This document shows, piece by piece, positions 1 to 12,362 of a stretch of DNA of 64,000 nucleotides. Under the pieces are notes generated by a model. It had not been told where the DNA came from. It made no database searches and saw only the letters and a program-made list of their open reading frames with translations. This DNA comes from Octopus vulgaris. Lineage: Eukaryota. Position 1 is the stretch's first letter. The number at the start of each line of letters is the position of its first letter. The DNA lies in assembly GCA_951406725.2 (NCBI GenBank), contig OX597815.1, positions 38,378,001 through 38,442,000 on the forward strand, given 5' to 3'. The position numbers and the translations under genes are program-made.

Positions 1-132
1 GAAACGAATTCAAAATATATCATGAATGAACAAAACTAACATACCAGGCGGAACCAGACAGACAACCGTCGCCTCCATCTGTCTGGTTCCGCCTGGTATG
101 TTCATTCATGATTCATATTTTGAATTCGTTTC
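1..132. repeat. Near-perfect fold-back (arms 1-62 and 78-132) abutting a hammerhead motif; probable inverted PLE pseudo-LTR junction
   Basis: 1-62 is the reverse complement of 78-132 apart from two small indels; 15-nt spacer. Confidence 0.85.
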
Positions 133-191
133 ACTGAAGAGCAAGAGACGTAGATAATACGTTAATTGCGAAATCACAGGTGATCTGGAAC
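128..191 (+). ncRNA. Type I hammerhead ribozyme motif
   Basis: gtttca-CTGAAGA-gcaa...ttgc-GAAA-tcacaggtga-TC-tggaac: canonical core, stem II gcaa/ttgc, short stem III, stem I gtttca/tggaac with one G-U. Confidence 0.8.
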
Positions 192-424
192 TAAATTCTG
201 TTTTTAAATGTCTTGCTTCGAGAGCTGCATTCGGTACGATTTGTTTATTTTTGGTAGTTATGACTTTAAAAGTCCCTCCTAGCGTGTGGCATTTATGTGT
301 AATAATTCCCTCTATATAATATAAATAAATACTTTCAAGTGAAAAAATTTACAGATTTTTTCTCTTATGAGGTTTTTCACGCTAACTACCTGATAATTTC
401 TTATTAAGATTTTATCCTATTTTT

Positions 425-465
<41 letters not shown>

Positions 466-479
466 TCTCAAGTTTTTAT

Positions 480-1430
480 CGCTTGATCTAGGGCTGCTAT
501 AATTAGGCTCTCTGTTTCTTTCGTCAATTGCCCCTTTTGTCACTAAGCCTACGATTTTGTCCCGCATACGTCTTCAGTGGATCTCTTCAATCTGTTTGAC
601 GTGCACTCTTTGTATTTCATTCTTGTCCTTTTCTCTCCTATGACGCGTTCCATCACTTGTACTTTATTAGATGCCTTTAGTAGTTTTTCAGTGCTGCTCT
701 GTAAATACTCTACTAGACTTCTTTTTTCACCTGTATACAATATTCTACTGCTAGCAACCCTCTTCCACCCTGGTCTCTCCTCAAGTACAGCTGGTTGATA
801 TCAGCTTTCGGATGGTGGATTCCATCTTTCTTATTTTTTTCTGTCAAGTTTCTTTATATCGTTTCTGGCCCGGCCTATAATTCCAATTCCATGTCTGATT
901 AAGGGTACTGCTTTTGAATTCATTACTTCAATGAGAGCTTTGGAATTCAGTTTTGACTGAAATAGTTTTCCGTCTCTCCTTGTGTATTCTCTACTGGTAG
1001 TTTGTTTCACTTCTTCATTGTTTATCTCGTCCTTTTCCATTATTCCCAAGTACTTATACCACTGTCCTTTCTCAACCATTCTCATTGTTTGCTCATTTGT
1101 CATTTCCCTTGCTTCTTTCAAACTTTCCTCGTTTCATTTTCAATATACCATACTTTTCTATCCCAAATTCCATACCTACATCATTTGAGAAAATGCTTAT
1201 AATATGTACCAGGCTTTCAAACCGTTTCTCATTTTTCGCATCAACCTTTATATCATCCATGAAATGGAGATGATTTATTTATCTGACCATTTCTTTTTCT
1301 CAGATCGTAAGCAATTTTAACTTTCCGTAGTATTATAGTGAGTGGTGTTATGGCTAATACGAATAGAAGTGGAGATAAGCTATCACCTTGGTTATTCCAC
1401 GTCTAATGTTCACTTTTCCGAAATTTTGCT
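480..1430 (-). pseudogene. R4/Dong-like non-LTR retrotransposon RT fragment (degenerate)
   Basis: Minus-strand translation gives QGDSLSPLLFVLA, INHLHFMDDIKV and YKYLGIME...SKLNSKALIEVMNSKAVP, with frameshifts and stops. Confidence 0.8.
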
Positions 1431-1499
1431 GTCGCTTCTGCCCTACTGACAGATTTAAAGATAGCAACAAAAAAAGATAACATTCACGTAATAGACCGT

Positions 1500-2450
1500 T
1501 CTAAATAGAAGAAAAAGAACCAAATAGCGAAGTATTCTTGCAAGAGAGAGAGTGATGTTCAAAACTTAGGAGCACTCTACTCTGGCGGAAGAAAAACCAA
1601 ACAAGGATTCAATTAAAATAGGAACCAAATTCTATCCGCAGATATATTCTGAAGAACAGATTGTTTTGATTGAAGAACCCAATTCACTCTATATTGGCCA
1701 TATTACCCCTGGTTGTGATCAGTCATCAGCTGTTGCATGAACGATATTATCATTCTTTAGTGAAAAAGATGTTGCTTTCGATGATTTAACTGTGTTTGGC
1801 TGTGATGAGACGAATGTGAATGTCGGAATCCATAATGGTGGCATTCGATCGCTAGAAGAAAGTACTGAGCGTCCATTCCAATGGCTAATCTGTTTCCTTC
1901 ACACAAATGAATTATCGTTGAGAAATTTATTCATATGTATTGATGGATCAACATCAGGGTCATCGAGCAACTCAGGAACGATTGGAAAGGAAATTAAAGA
2001 GTGCGAAAATCATCCAGCTGTCAAATTTGTTCCTATTAGGTGACAGCTTTTGTCACAAAGCCAAAACCTAGACTTGAGCAATGATCAAAACCTATTACTT
2101 ATGCTTTTCGAGGGAGTACGCTCTTGTATAATAAATGACGACGTTGCTCACAGAAAATCTGGATCAGTCTCTCATACTAGACAGCTCATAACTACCATTA
2201 GACTCTTACTATAATATGTTACAAAAATGTGTCCTTCTGATGGGATTGTCGCTTTGGCAACATTTGTGATGTAAGAGTTTGGTTTCAAATTAAAGGCACA
2301 GCATCATGCAACTTTGGATCTCTGCATTTATTTCAAATGATTAAGCTTTCAAAATATTTTCCAAATCAATATCAAAGTATTATTGATATTGTCATCGAAA
2401 GAAATGGGTTTTTCGCCCACCCAGAGAACATTCTTTTAAGCATGTTGTGT
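1500..2450 (+). pseudogene. hAT-related DDE transposase fragment
   Basis: GCDETNVNVG...RPFQWLICFLHTNELSLRNLF (CxxH) and downstream RNGFFAHPENILL; many stops. Confidence 0.7.
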
Positions 2451-2461
2451 AGTAGTAGCAG

Positions 2462-2515
<54 letters not shown>
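2449..2515. repeat. (GTA)n microsatellite
   Basis: Direct reading. Confidence 0.95.
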
Positions 2516-2516
<1 letters not shown>

Positions 2517-5087
2517 GCATGGAGAAAATACAGTGGACGTAAAAGTGGGAGCTTTAAACTATGTGTGAATTAAGGTCAACAGTTTCAACAAAAACCTGAA
2601 AAGAGTTGATAAACAATAGACAGTACATAATAGAACTAGTTTAAAATTTATTTACACAAAGTCGATCAATTAAACGAAAGAAACAAAAAAAAAACAGTAT
2701 TATAAAACACACTAATTATTTCGATGTGTTTGTGTGTGTGTGTGTCTATGTGTATGTGTGTGCGTGATTGTATTCTCCTAATTGGAATTCCCTTTTTTCT
2801 TTTGATTTGTTTGTTTTAATTGAGTGTCCATACGTGTTCAAATGAATACTTCAATGAGAAGGAAAACAAGTTCTGCAATAACAAAACATATGAAAATTTG
2901 CCAACAGTAGCGCGTAGCAATCACCTGTCTCAAGTACATAAATATTGTAATAAGTAGTAGGTTTGCAGCTGAAGCAAGCACTTATTTCAAAATATGATGA
3001 TGTTAGAACTGCTCAAAGATTGCTCTGAGTCTGCTTTAAAATTCTTTGTCATATTCAACTGTGATTCATTATCGAAGATTTTTTCATGATAGCTTTTATA
3101 AAAAAGAAAACGTAGGCGATGAAATAGTCTCTTGGTTCAGCTATGCATTGTTCTGTTATATACGTAAATCGTATTCATATTCATGGGTCTGAATGTGTGT
3201 ATACACAACGCTATTGTGTACCAATTTGTATATGCGTTTGCCTATGTGCAAAGTTACTACTATGATTCCACATATATGAGGAAGTGAATTAGAAAGCATT
3301 GATTGAGGACGTTTAGAACAATCAGCAAAGGAAAGTAACACCAATAAACTCAGTTAAAATGAGTTTTATAAAAATAATAAAAATAGATCAAAATACAGAT
3401 TGCAATGTATTGGGTATTTAATGCTATTGAGTATTTAAAGTCAAGAAAGCAGCAGATAAATTCCGTCAACGGAATAGTACATCAGAGGAATGCCTTGTCT
3501 CTTTAAAGCAAGTAAGTTAGGGGCTTACATATGTAATACGGAGAATTAAAATAAATAATTTAATTGGGATCCTTTTTTCAGTTTGTACACACAGACTCAC
3601 TATAGGTTGGACTGAGATGTAAAACAAAGAAGGGAAATAATACTCATAGAAGAAGTGAACTTAAATATCTGCAAAATAAGACGGCGCAGACGGGAGTGAA
3701 TTTTCTCTTCAATTCTAACTGATGAATGCAACAGACATGTTACGGCATTATTAGATCTCTTCAGTAAGGCATATTCACATCACTTGGCAAAGCGTAGGAA
3801 CGAGCAGTATGTATCCGCAAAGAGAATGAAATTAACCTCACTATGACTGCCGGCGAAAATTTCTAGCTACTCAAAACTGCTGCACCATAAACGCGTAAGA
3901 GTTCATTTTGACCCATGACAGTATAAAAACTGTTCTTGAAGGAGCATCGCTGCAGTAATAGAAATGTCTATAGAACTTTATTATTAGAAATTATTATTAT
4001 TATTAGAAATGTAGCGGTTACGAAGAAGAATAAATATTTCCACAAGATATTTGCATTCTGTTTTAATGCATTATTTTCTACATAAAAGAATCATGTTGTA
4101 ATAAAGTTCTGTAGACATTTTTGCCGGAGGTTTTAAGGGAATTGTCACATATTTGGGTCTGATACTAAGAAGAAAAAGCAGCCTAAACACCGGCAGGCTG
4201 CAACTCAGAATAGTGAGAAACCAAAGTAAATACAGTTCAGTATTGTTTATCATTTCTTTCACCTCTCAAGAATTAAAGTCCATATGAGCTCAATACATGC
4301 TTGAGCTGTTTGTGCATTTATGTAGCTGCTGATGCTATTGTTATTATGCAGCCCTGTGGCTCCTTGTTAATTCGGATGTGAAATCTTTTGCTATTGTTTA
4401 TAACAACTTGTTTGAAAGCACGTGTAGCAATTTCACTTCGTTTCTTTCCTTTATGTTTTATTTCGATGCCATTATCCGTTAAATCCCGTGTGGAAATCAA
4501 ATGAATCATTAACTAAGAGACATTCACTTAATGCTGTTTCTACTACATTGAACCACTCTCATTAAGTTTGTCTTAATGCAAGGCACTTCCTGATCCAACG
4601 AATCATAAAATTACCTTATCTCTTCTCTCCAGACAAATTTTAATAAAATTCGTTTTTCGTAACAAAATATCAGTTCACATTGAGAAAGATGAAAATATGA
4701 ATGTAGATTTCCATAATATTATACTCACCTAATTTTTTTTATTAATAGTGAATAATAAAGTTCTAATTGTTCATTGTAGTATTTCCTCTATTCTCAATCA
4801 TATTTATGTAAACTTTTCCCATATTAAAATTGTAAATTTAGATCTCTTAAGGCACTATGTTTGCTTTCTCTCATATTTCAAAACTATTCACAAACGACGT
4901 AGTGTAATTATCATCAAATTATTGGAATAATCGTACCGGAAGAAGATTATTTTCTGTTGACAGAAGGAAATAAAATAGAAAATGATATATAATTCGTTAT
5001 TCTTGTCATTTCTATGAATATATTCTAATTTCCTACAACTGGTTTTAATCATCCTGTGGTGTCCATGCAGATGCAGCATAATGTAAG

Positions 5088-5152
<65 letters not shown>

Positions 5153-5201
5153 GTGTGTGAGTGTGTGTGTACGTGTGTGTATATGTATGTATGTATGTAT
5201 G

Positions 5202-5254
<53 letters not shown>

Positions 5255-5846
5255 ATGTATGCATATATACATACATTTATATTACTTTTTGTTTTTATGC
5301 AACTTTATATTTGAAAATTATTTAGCATTAAACTGAAACATTACTCAGTAAACTGAACAATTAATAAACATTTTTATAAGAGTATATGTTAATTTAACTT
5401 CAACAGAAAATAAGGATGAGAGTGATTTTCAAATTACTTGTAAGTCAATACCATAATTGGGTCATTTTTTACTCTATATGGTTTTTGGCAAGTTGTTCTT
5501 CTGGGATAGTTGTAGCAATAGGAACTTATAATCAGGCTTGAAGTATGTAGGTCTTGTATGTAGATGTATATGAATGGGAAAAGAAGAGGATAGAAGGAAG
5601 GAAAACTTATCTTCCTCTCCTTTGTATATGTACATGTATATGAGTATATATGTGTGTATATATACTCATATATATTTTCGCCTACACGATCGTGTATGTA
5701 TGTGTATATAAGTGCGACCGCGCGCACGTGTGTGCGTGCGTGCGTGCGTGTGATATTTCTACTTATTGAATCATTCATTCACAAACTTCTCCACACTCAA
5801 CATAGACAAACCTTTTTCAGAAAATACGAAATTACAATAATTTCAA

Positions 5847-5880
5847 TGTCATGATAAGCGAAAGCGAAACCGGTCGAAAA
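5847..5880 (+). ncRNA. Degenerate minimal hammerhead motif
   Basis: tgtc-ATGATAA-gc gaaa gc-GAAA-ccgg-TC-gaaa; same ACCGGT palindromic stem III as the Neptune-like pLTR motifs; core position 3 mutated. Confidence 0.5.
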
Positions 5881-5947
5881 ACACAATATATTAAAACTAT
5901 GTAAGTGTGAGCGATTTCCTTCTTTTATTTTATATATATACATTTTG

Positions 5948-5949
<2 letters not shown>

Positions 5950-6004
<55 letters not shown>

Positions 6005-6021
6005 GATATAGATAGATAGAT

Positions 6022-6110
<89 letters not shown>

Positions 6111-6120
6111 CAGACAGATA
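5950..6120. repeat. (TA)n-(TAGA)n compound microsatellite
   Basis: Direct reading. Confidence 0.95.
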
Positions 6121-6485
6121 TTCTTTTACTTGTTTCATTTGACTGAGGCCATACTGGTATACCGCCTTTAGTCATAGAAATCAATCCCAGGACTTATTCT
6201 TTGTAAGCTTAGAACTTATTCCATCAGTTTATTTTGCCGAACCAATCAGTTACGTGGACGCAAATACATCAACATTGGTTATCAAGTGACAGTGGGGCGA
6301 CAAACACAGACATACAACATATGGATATTTATATATATATACACGACCGACGGGTTCTTTCCGTCTACCAAAACCACTCACAAGGGTTTGGTCGGTCTGA
6401 GATTAAAGTAGAAGAAACCAGAGGTCCTACTCAGAGGGACTGAACCCGGAGTCATGTGGCTGGAAAGCCAGCTTCTTAAACACAT
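6121..6485 (-). mobile_element. SINE family A (octopus OK-like, tRNA-derived)
   Basis: Reverse-complement similarity to 14296-14919 (cttttacttgtttca tail, gactgaacccgga head). Confidence 0.75.
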
Positions 6486-6498
6486 ATATGAATGTATG

Positions 6499-6584
<86 letters not shown>

Positions 6585-6587
6585 TAC

Positions 6588-6642
<55 letters not shown>

Positions 6643-6732
6643 TGTGTTAGAGGAAAAGGATAACAAACACCAAGGCAGGACGCGTATCTCAAATGATTTA
6701 TAATAATTTAATTAGGTTAAGGTGAATTTGAA

Positions 6733-6808
6733 GTCTTACAGTTGTTTCTGGGATATACAAAGTGATAGGCTGGCATGTCCTTACACTGGGTTTTCCGTCA
6801 TCAGCGAC
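6733..6808 (-). ncRNA. Hammerhead motif (degenerate stems)
   Basis: Minus strand: gtcg-CTGATGA-...-GAAA-caactg-TA-agac. Confidence 0.6.
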
Positions 6809-7332
6809 AGAGTGAGTATGTATGAAAGTTCTAGACAGGAATAGTCACAGTTTATAAGGAATAAAATAGAAGATTAAAGATAAAAGTAGATAGAATACAG
6901 ACAGAAGAATAAGCATTTTCTGCATGTAAGCATAAGTTCGTTCGCACCTTTAGATTCCTCCATATGCCCAAATGCAAGCAAAATCAACACACATAACACC
7001 TATATGCATCCACAGTCGTTACAATATACGTACGTTTTACCATTTCTTTTCTTCTCTATCAGCATAAGTATTTTAGAAGCTAACTAGCTTGAAGGGGAAT
7101 TACAACCGTGTTTCGTGGTCTGCAACCACAACAGCTTCTTTATAGGATCCAGTTAGCTCAAGATATCATCAGGAGGAACCACATCCGGTTTCGGCCCCTA
7201 CTCCTCTACCGTTTTGACGTGCCCCCCACCCTTTCGGAGGTATCTTCAGCTCTGGTGTTGGGTGCATGTCTTCTTTCTTCTTTCTTCTGTTCCCTGGCCT
7301 CTTCGATGTCTCGTCAGCGAGTGTCAGCCGGT

Positions 7333-7367
7333 GACTGACTGTCTTGTCAAATTTTCCCCTTTAAATA
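7333..7367 (-). promoter_or_regulatory. Possible TATA + Inr core promoter
   Basis: Minus-strand TATTTAAA starts 31 nt upstream of the A in TCAGTC. Confidence 0.3.
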
Positions 7368-7807
7368 CCTGCCGCATAGGCTCCAGCAGGCAGCCCTAGC
7401 AAGTTGCCACGTGACACTGTCTCATCTTAACTGATTAGTGAAGGCGCGTAGTTTTAGCCCGCGCTTTTTCCAAACGACCGTCACCTGTCAGGCAGCCCCA
7501 GCAAGTTGTCACGTTCACTGTCTCATCTTAACTGACTTAATTTTTAATTGTTTTTAATTTAACTTCTAACTTTTAATTCTTTAATCTGTATCCTTTATCC
7601 ATTTAAATGTATTTTTATCCCATATATACCCCCCTTAAGCTAGGCATCTATTTTTAGCTATCCCTACTGGCCACTGACCACACATATCCTAGATTTTCTC
7701 TATTTCATAAATAGACATAAATACCTTTCTACTCCATTTTACCTTAACACTTGACAATATCGAAAAATACCTTAGGAATGAGAACCCTGATTCGAAATTT
7801 CCCCAAG

Positions 7808-7851
7808 ACACCTGTTAAAGATTGGAAGGTATATCAGCCGAAATGTTGTGT
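7808..7851 (+). ncRNA. Degenerate hammerhead motif in a nested repeat (~7750-7938)
   Basis: acac-CTGTTAA-agattgg...tcagcc-GAAA-tg-TT-gtgt; stem I acac/gtgt intact, core mutated. Confidence 0.45.
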
Positions 7852-8009
7852 TAACATACAAGGTGAGGACAAATATCTGGCAATTATAAAATAATGTAAA
7901 TAACGTACATAATTCCTCGTCTCCTAAATACAGGACTGTTTTACTCTTTATTATCCTAATTTATTCTTTATCTGTGAATTTCTCAGCCTAGAACTTATAT
8001 ACTCACCTT

Positions 8010-8087
8010 GTCTCTGATGACAGAATAGCCAGTGTACGGACAAAAAGCTGGCCTATCACTTGGGATATCCCAGAACAGCTGTAAGAT
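8010..8087 (+). ncRNA. Hammerhead motif (GAAA lacks one A)
   Basis: gtct-CTGATGA-...-GAA-cagctg-TA-agat; palindromic CAGCTG stem III. Confidence 0.55.
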
Positions 8088-8198
8088 TTCAAATTCAACT
8101 TACTCTAACTAAATAAATTGCTATAAATGACTTGGTTTTTGCTGTCATTTTCCTCTCATAAACACCTGCTGACACGGAAGCCTAATAGAGATGTCGAG

Positions 8199-9311
8199 TG
8201 TAATAAATAAAATATATGCATACATACAAACATATATGTACGTACCGACACCTACATGTATATATACATGCATATATAAATATATATACGTACAGGACAC
8301 CACTAAAAGACGTAAAGATCATCAGAAACGAAAACGGAAAACCCATTTTGTTACAACAGAAGGACAGAGATGTAGAACAGGACGAAAACGAAAACGGGAA
8401 AAACATTATGTACAGCAGAAAAACGAGGTACAGGACATGCTACACAAGGAAAAATCCCCTTCATCAGCTGTCACTAGCAGACATAGCGTGTTTCGAAGGC
8501 AAGACAGGATACGTCTGGCCATGCTAAGCCTTCCTACGAGAGAATTAAAATAAAATAACCTCGCAGAGGGGTAAAACGAGCAAGAAAAAAATGTAACACA
8601 AAAAGGGACGTAACAAAGAACTGCACAAAAAATACACAAGAAAAAATACAAAATTAAAGATACATGTACAAGAAAATACAAAACGAGAAATAAATTACAA
8701 TACGAGAAATCAAAATAAACAAGAGAACAAACGAAAAAGACGAACGAAGGCCTTTGTTCTGGCAGGGACGAGAGAGGTAACTGGTGAGTGCTGGGAAACA
8801 TGACCTTAGGGCCTGAAGGCAACGTGCGAAAGGATTAGCAGTGAAGAAAGTGTGGAGGAGTGGGAGAGAGAGAAAGAGAGACAGATAGAGGAAGACACGC
8901 GGCTGAGAGAAGGGTGAGGAAGAGAGAGAAAGAGAGAGGGGAAGGCAAAGCAAAGGGAGAGAATTTCGCGTCATAATATTAAACTATAAAACAAACTGGG
9001 AGGAAAGAGACGGAACGAAGTGAAAATTCGAAAACTCGAAAATTCAAACGAACCCGACGCGAAGCGCTGTCAGACAATAGTGTAATAAATAAAATATATG
9101 CATACATACAAACATATATGTACGTACCGGCATCTACATGTATATATACATGCATATATAAATATATATACGTACAGGACACCACCAAAAGACGTAAACA
9201 TCAACAGAAACGAAAACGGAAAAGCCATTTTGTTACAACAGAAGGACAGAGACGTAGAACAGGGCGAAAACGAAAACAGGAAATGCATTATGTACAGCAG
9301 AAAACGAGGTA
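8199..9311. repeat. LTR-like TG...CA unit (8199-9076) followed by a partial tandem copy (9081-9311)
   Basis: 8199-8430 and 9081-9311 are highly similar (period 882); the unit starts TGTAAT and ends GACA. Confidence 0.65.
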
Positions 9312-9322
9312 TATATATATAC

Positions 9323-9362
9323 TAGTCTGATAAATGCCAGTGCACGAAACTCTCGGAGCTTC
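9323..9362 (+). ncRNA. Degenerate hammerhead motif
   Basis: CTGATAA-atgc cagt gcac-GAAA-ctctcggag; cleavage triplet and stem I lost. Confidence 0.35.
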
Positions 9363-9838
9363 AATCACTCTGTTATTTCTTCTAAATATTAATAGAAATA
9401 GAAATATACTCATATTTTGATTTTTATTTCTCTTCTTTACTTTAACATACCTATACATACTTACATACATAGATATGTACATATATATAATACACATATA
9501 TACGTCTGTATGTATATTTAATAGTAAGTAATTGTATTCAGAACATAATTTTTTTTTTGGCACCTGAGACGTTTCCAATGTTTGCTTAGGTAGCTGTGGT
9601 AAATCGTACGATTATATCTGTATGAAGTTGTGCGCTATCAATGAACAATCTTTCTATGAGTGACAGTTCAAATTAATTACTATTTCATTCCAGCAAAATA
9701 TGTCCTTTTTTGGTTGGTTACTTTCAACATACATGTCTCATATAGACGGATATATGTGCGTATACATCTATACCCATATATATATACATAGATACATAGA
9801 TACATAGATACGTGAAAATATATATATTTGTATATACT

Positions 9839-9900
<62 letters not shown>

Positions 9901-10078
9901 AGAAAATAGTAAAGTGTGAAAAAACGACAGAAGGCTTAAATGTTAAAAAATATATATATTTGTGTCAAAATGTCTGGAGAATATTGGAAAAATTTTTTTC
10001 CTTTCCTTAAAATGACATAATTATAAAATTTTTAGAGAAATTACCGGTTTCGCGTGTATCCTACACAATAACCACTTA

Positions 10079-10906
10079 ATGTTTGACAATACATTTTACC
10101 GTCAAAAATCCGGAATTGCTATGGGTACAAGGGGAGCACCAGTCATTGCGAACTTAACAATGGGATACATGGAAATAATCATTTACCAGGAATCTCTATC
10201 AATCTTTGGAAACTCCCTCTCTCAATACATAAAAGAGAATTGGAAACGATTCCTAGACGATTGTTTCATTCTCTGGAATGAAAACATAGATAAACTCCTA
10301 AAATTTAAAAACCTATTGAACAGCATAAACCCAAATATACAGTTCACAATGGAATACAACCAAAAGGAGCTCCCGTTCTTGGATATACTAATTAAAAAAA
10401 TTAACCTTAAAATAGAAACAGACATTTTTTACAAAGCCACAGACGCCAAACAATACCTTCTTTTTAATTCATGCCACCCAAGACACACTAAAACAAACAT
10501 CCCCTTCAACCTTGCAAGAAGGATATGCACAATAGTGTCAGAACAAAATACCAGGAACTTTAGACTGCAAGAACTCAAAAACACCCTAATTGATAGACAT
10601 TACCCAGCTCAACTCATAGAGGATGGGATCAGACCTGCAACAGAAATCAACATAGAAACTTTAAGAAAAGTTCAACACAACAACACACCTTCCCCGAAAA
10701 TACTACCTTACATATCTACATACAACCCCAGAAACAAAGAAGCCTTCACCATCATCACCCAGAATTTACCAATACTTCATAAAAACCCAAAATTAAAGGA
10801 AATTCTAAACATACACCAAATCATTAAAAGCTACAAACAGCCTAAATCACTTAAAAGATTCTCACAAAGGCAAAATTGTCTTCTAAAATTACGGATGCAA
10901 AAGTAA
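10079..10906 (+). pseudogene. Penelope-like reverse transcriptase, C-terminal part
   Basis: QKSGIAMGTRGAP, WKRFLDDCF, LPFLDILI, YKATD..YL.FNSCHP; frameshift near 10855 before the EN. Confidence 0.92.
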
Positions 10907-11328
10907 AAAAATGTGGTAGATCGAACTGTGCAACATGTCCTAACCTATTGGAAGGATCAGAATTCTTCTTTAAAGAGGGACAGAAATTCAAGATCAAATC
11001 TAACTTTACTTGTGCCTCTGAAAACATAATTTATGTTATTAAATGCTCGGGCTGCCACCAAGACTACGTGGGTTCAACGGGACTATCACTCAGGCGTAGA
11101 TGCACACTGCATCGACAACAGATTGCATTCCCAGAATATAGAATGATACCTTTTAGTGAGCACATTGAGAAATGCGCAAAGCAAATACTGCCACAATTTT
11201 TAATCTTCCCATTTTACCAATGTGCTTTCGGATCATCAACACAAATGAGACTGAACAAGGAAACATGCTTCATTGAAAAGTACAAACCCAGACTCAACCA
11301 TCCGAACATACTGACACAGAGAAATTAA
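10876..11328 (+). pseudogene. GIY-YIG endonuclease domain with Cys-rich linker (Neptune-like)
   Basis: CGRSNCATC...NIIYVIKCSGCHQDYVGSTG..RR...H...E..FI...KPRLN. Confidence 0.9.
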
Positions 11329-11466
11329 CAAGGAAAAGGGAGAAAGAAATTTTTAAGCGATTATCTCCCTTACACCGGAAGAAATCACTCACTACCTCCC
11401 CTTATTTAGAAATCTCCTGTTAATAAACACAACGATAACTCCATGCAATATAAACATAACGTCACA

Positions 11467-11504
11467 AGAAATTTGAAAAGCTACACGCGAAACCGGTAAT
11501 TTCT
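11467..11504 (+). ncRNA. Minimal type I hammerhead, U3-A8 core variant
   Basis: agaaat-TTGAAAA-gc tacac gc-GAAA-ccgg-TA-atttct; 6-bp stem I. Confidence 0.75.
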
Positions 11505-11769
11505 CTAAAAATTTTATAATTATGTCATTTTAAGGAAAGGAAAAAAATATTTCCAATATTCTCCAGACATTATGACACAAATATATATATTTTTTAACAT
11601 TTAAGCCTTCTGTCGTTTTTTCACACTTTACTATTTTCTTATATATTCACCCACGTGCTTTACCAAACAAACTTTCTTATTTATGTATATATATATATAT
11701 ACATATATATGTATACATACCTATATACGCATATATATACGCATATATACATATATATATATATATTTA

Positions 11770-12153
11770 TCTCTCTATATATAAACGGCAGTTTGTCTGT
11801 GCGTGTTTCTGTGTGTCTGTTTGCTTGTACCCTCACCCTGACCACGGCTGTCAACCGATTCTGATGAAACTTGACACACACATAGCCCAATGTCATAATT
11901 CAAAACTAACGCAGCGAAAATTTTGAAAAGTTCCCCCAGTTCTGAAAAAAATCGATAAATTCGACATGGGGTCGAGAATCAGAAACACGAACCACAAACT
12001 GTCTAGGGGACGCAACTCCACCTTTTTAAATCTCAAAAAAAAATTTAACATCATTTTTTTCCATTTTTTTGCTATTTTTTGGCTATAACTCTCTAAAAAT
12101 GCTTTATAGTTATTTCCCTTACAAACCTGAGCAACGCCGGGTGATACTGCTAG
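11770..12153 (+). mobile_element. Non-autonomous Helitron-like element
   Basis: 5' TC(TCTCTATATATAAA), 3' subterminal hairpin cctgagcaacgccggg then CTAG, located between A and T. Confidence 0.75.
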
Positions 12154-12326
12154 TATATATATATATACACACATACTTGCACCTAAATATATACGTATGT
12201 ATGTATACATGCATGCATCTATATAGGTATTTTTCTATCTATCTATTTGTGTATCCGTGTGTATTTATATGTACATAAGTGTCTGAAAGCGTGTTTATAT
12301 TCACTCCTTTCATATATATATAAAAC

Positions 12327-12362
12327 TGTCCGACGAACGGGAACGTGAAACTCTGAGTAACA
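12327..12362 (+). ncRNA. Minimal hammerhead motif (U4C change)
   Basis: tgt-CCGACGA-acg ggaa cgt-GAAA-ctctgag-TA-aca. Confidence 0.6.

Larger units (their letters stand above)
6700..8120. mobile_element. Element bounded by diverged inverted arms (~6700-6885 and ~7940-8120), each with a hammerhead motif
   Basis: The reverse complement of 6720-6835 aligns with 7988-8100; internal ~47-bp direct repeat at ~7388 and ~7490. Confidence 0.7.
9899..11646 (+). mobile_element. 5'-truncated Neptune-like Penelope element with inverted pseudo-LTR copy (arms ~9899-10058 and ~11482-11646)
   Basis: RT + GIY-YIG body; ~160-bp near-identical inverted arms; TA-rich flanks. Confidence 0.92.

Noticed and set aside
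3733-3770. Minus-strand CTGAAGA...GTAA-catg-TC
   Set aside because: No convincing stem I or II; probably chance
7160-7255. Minus-strand CTGATGA and CTGAAGA-tacctcc-GAAA
   Set aside because: Required helices cannot form
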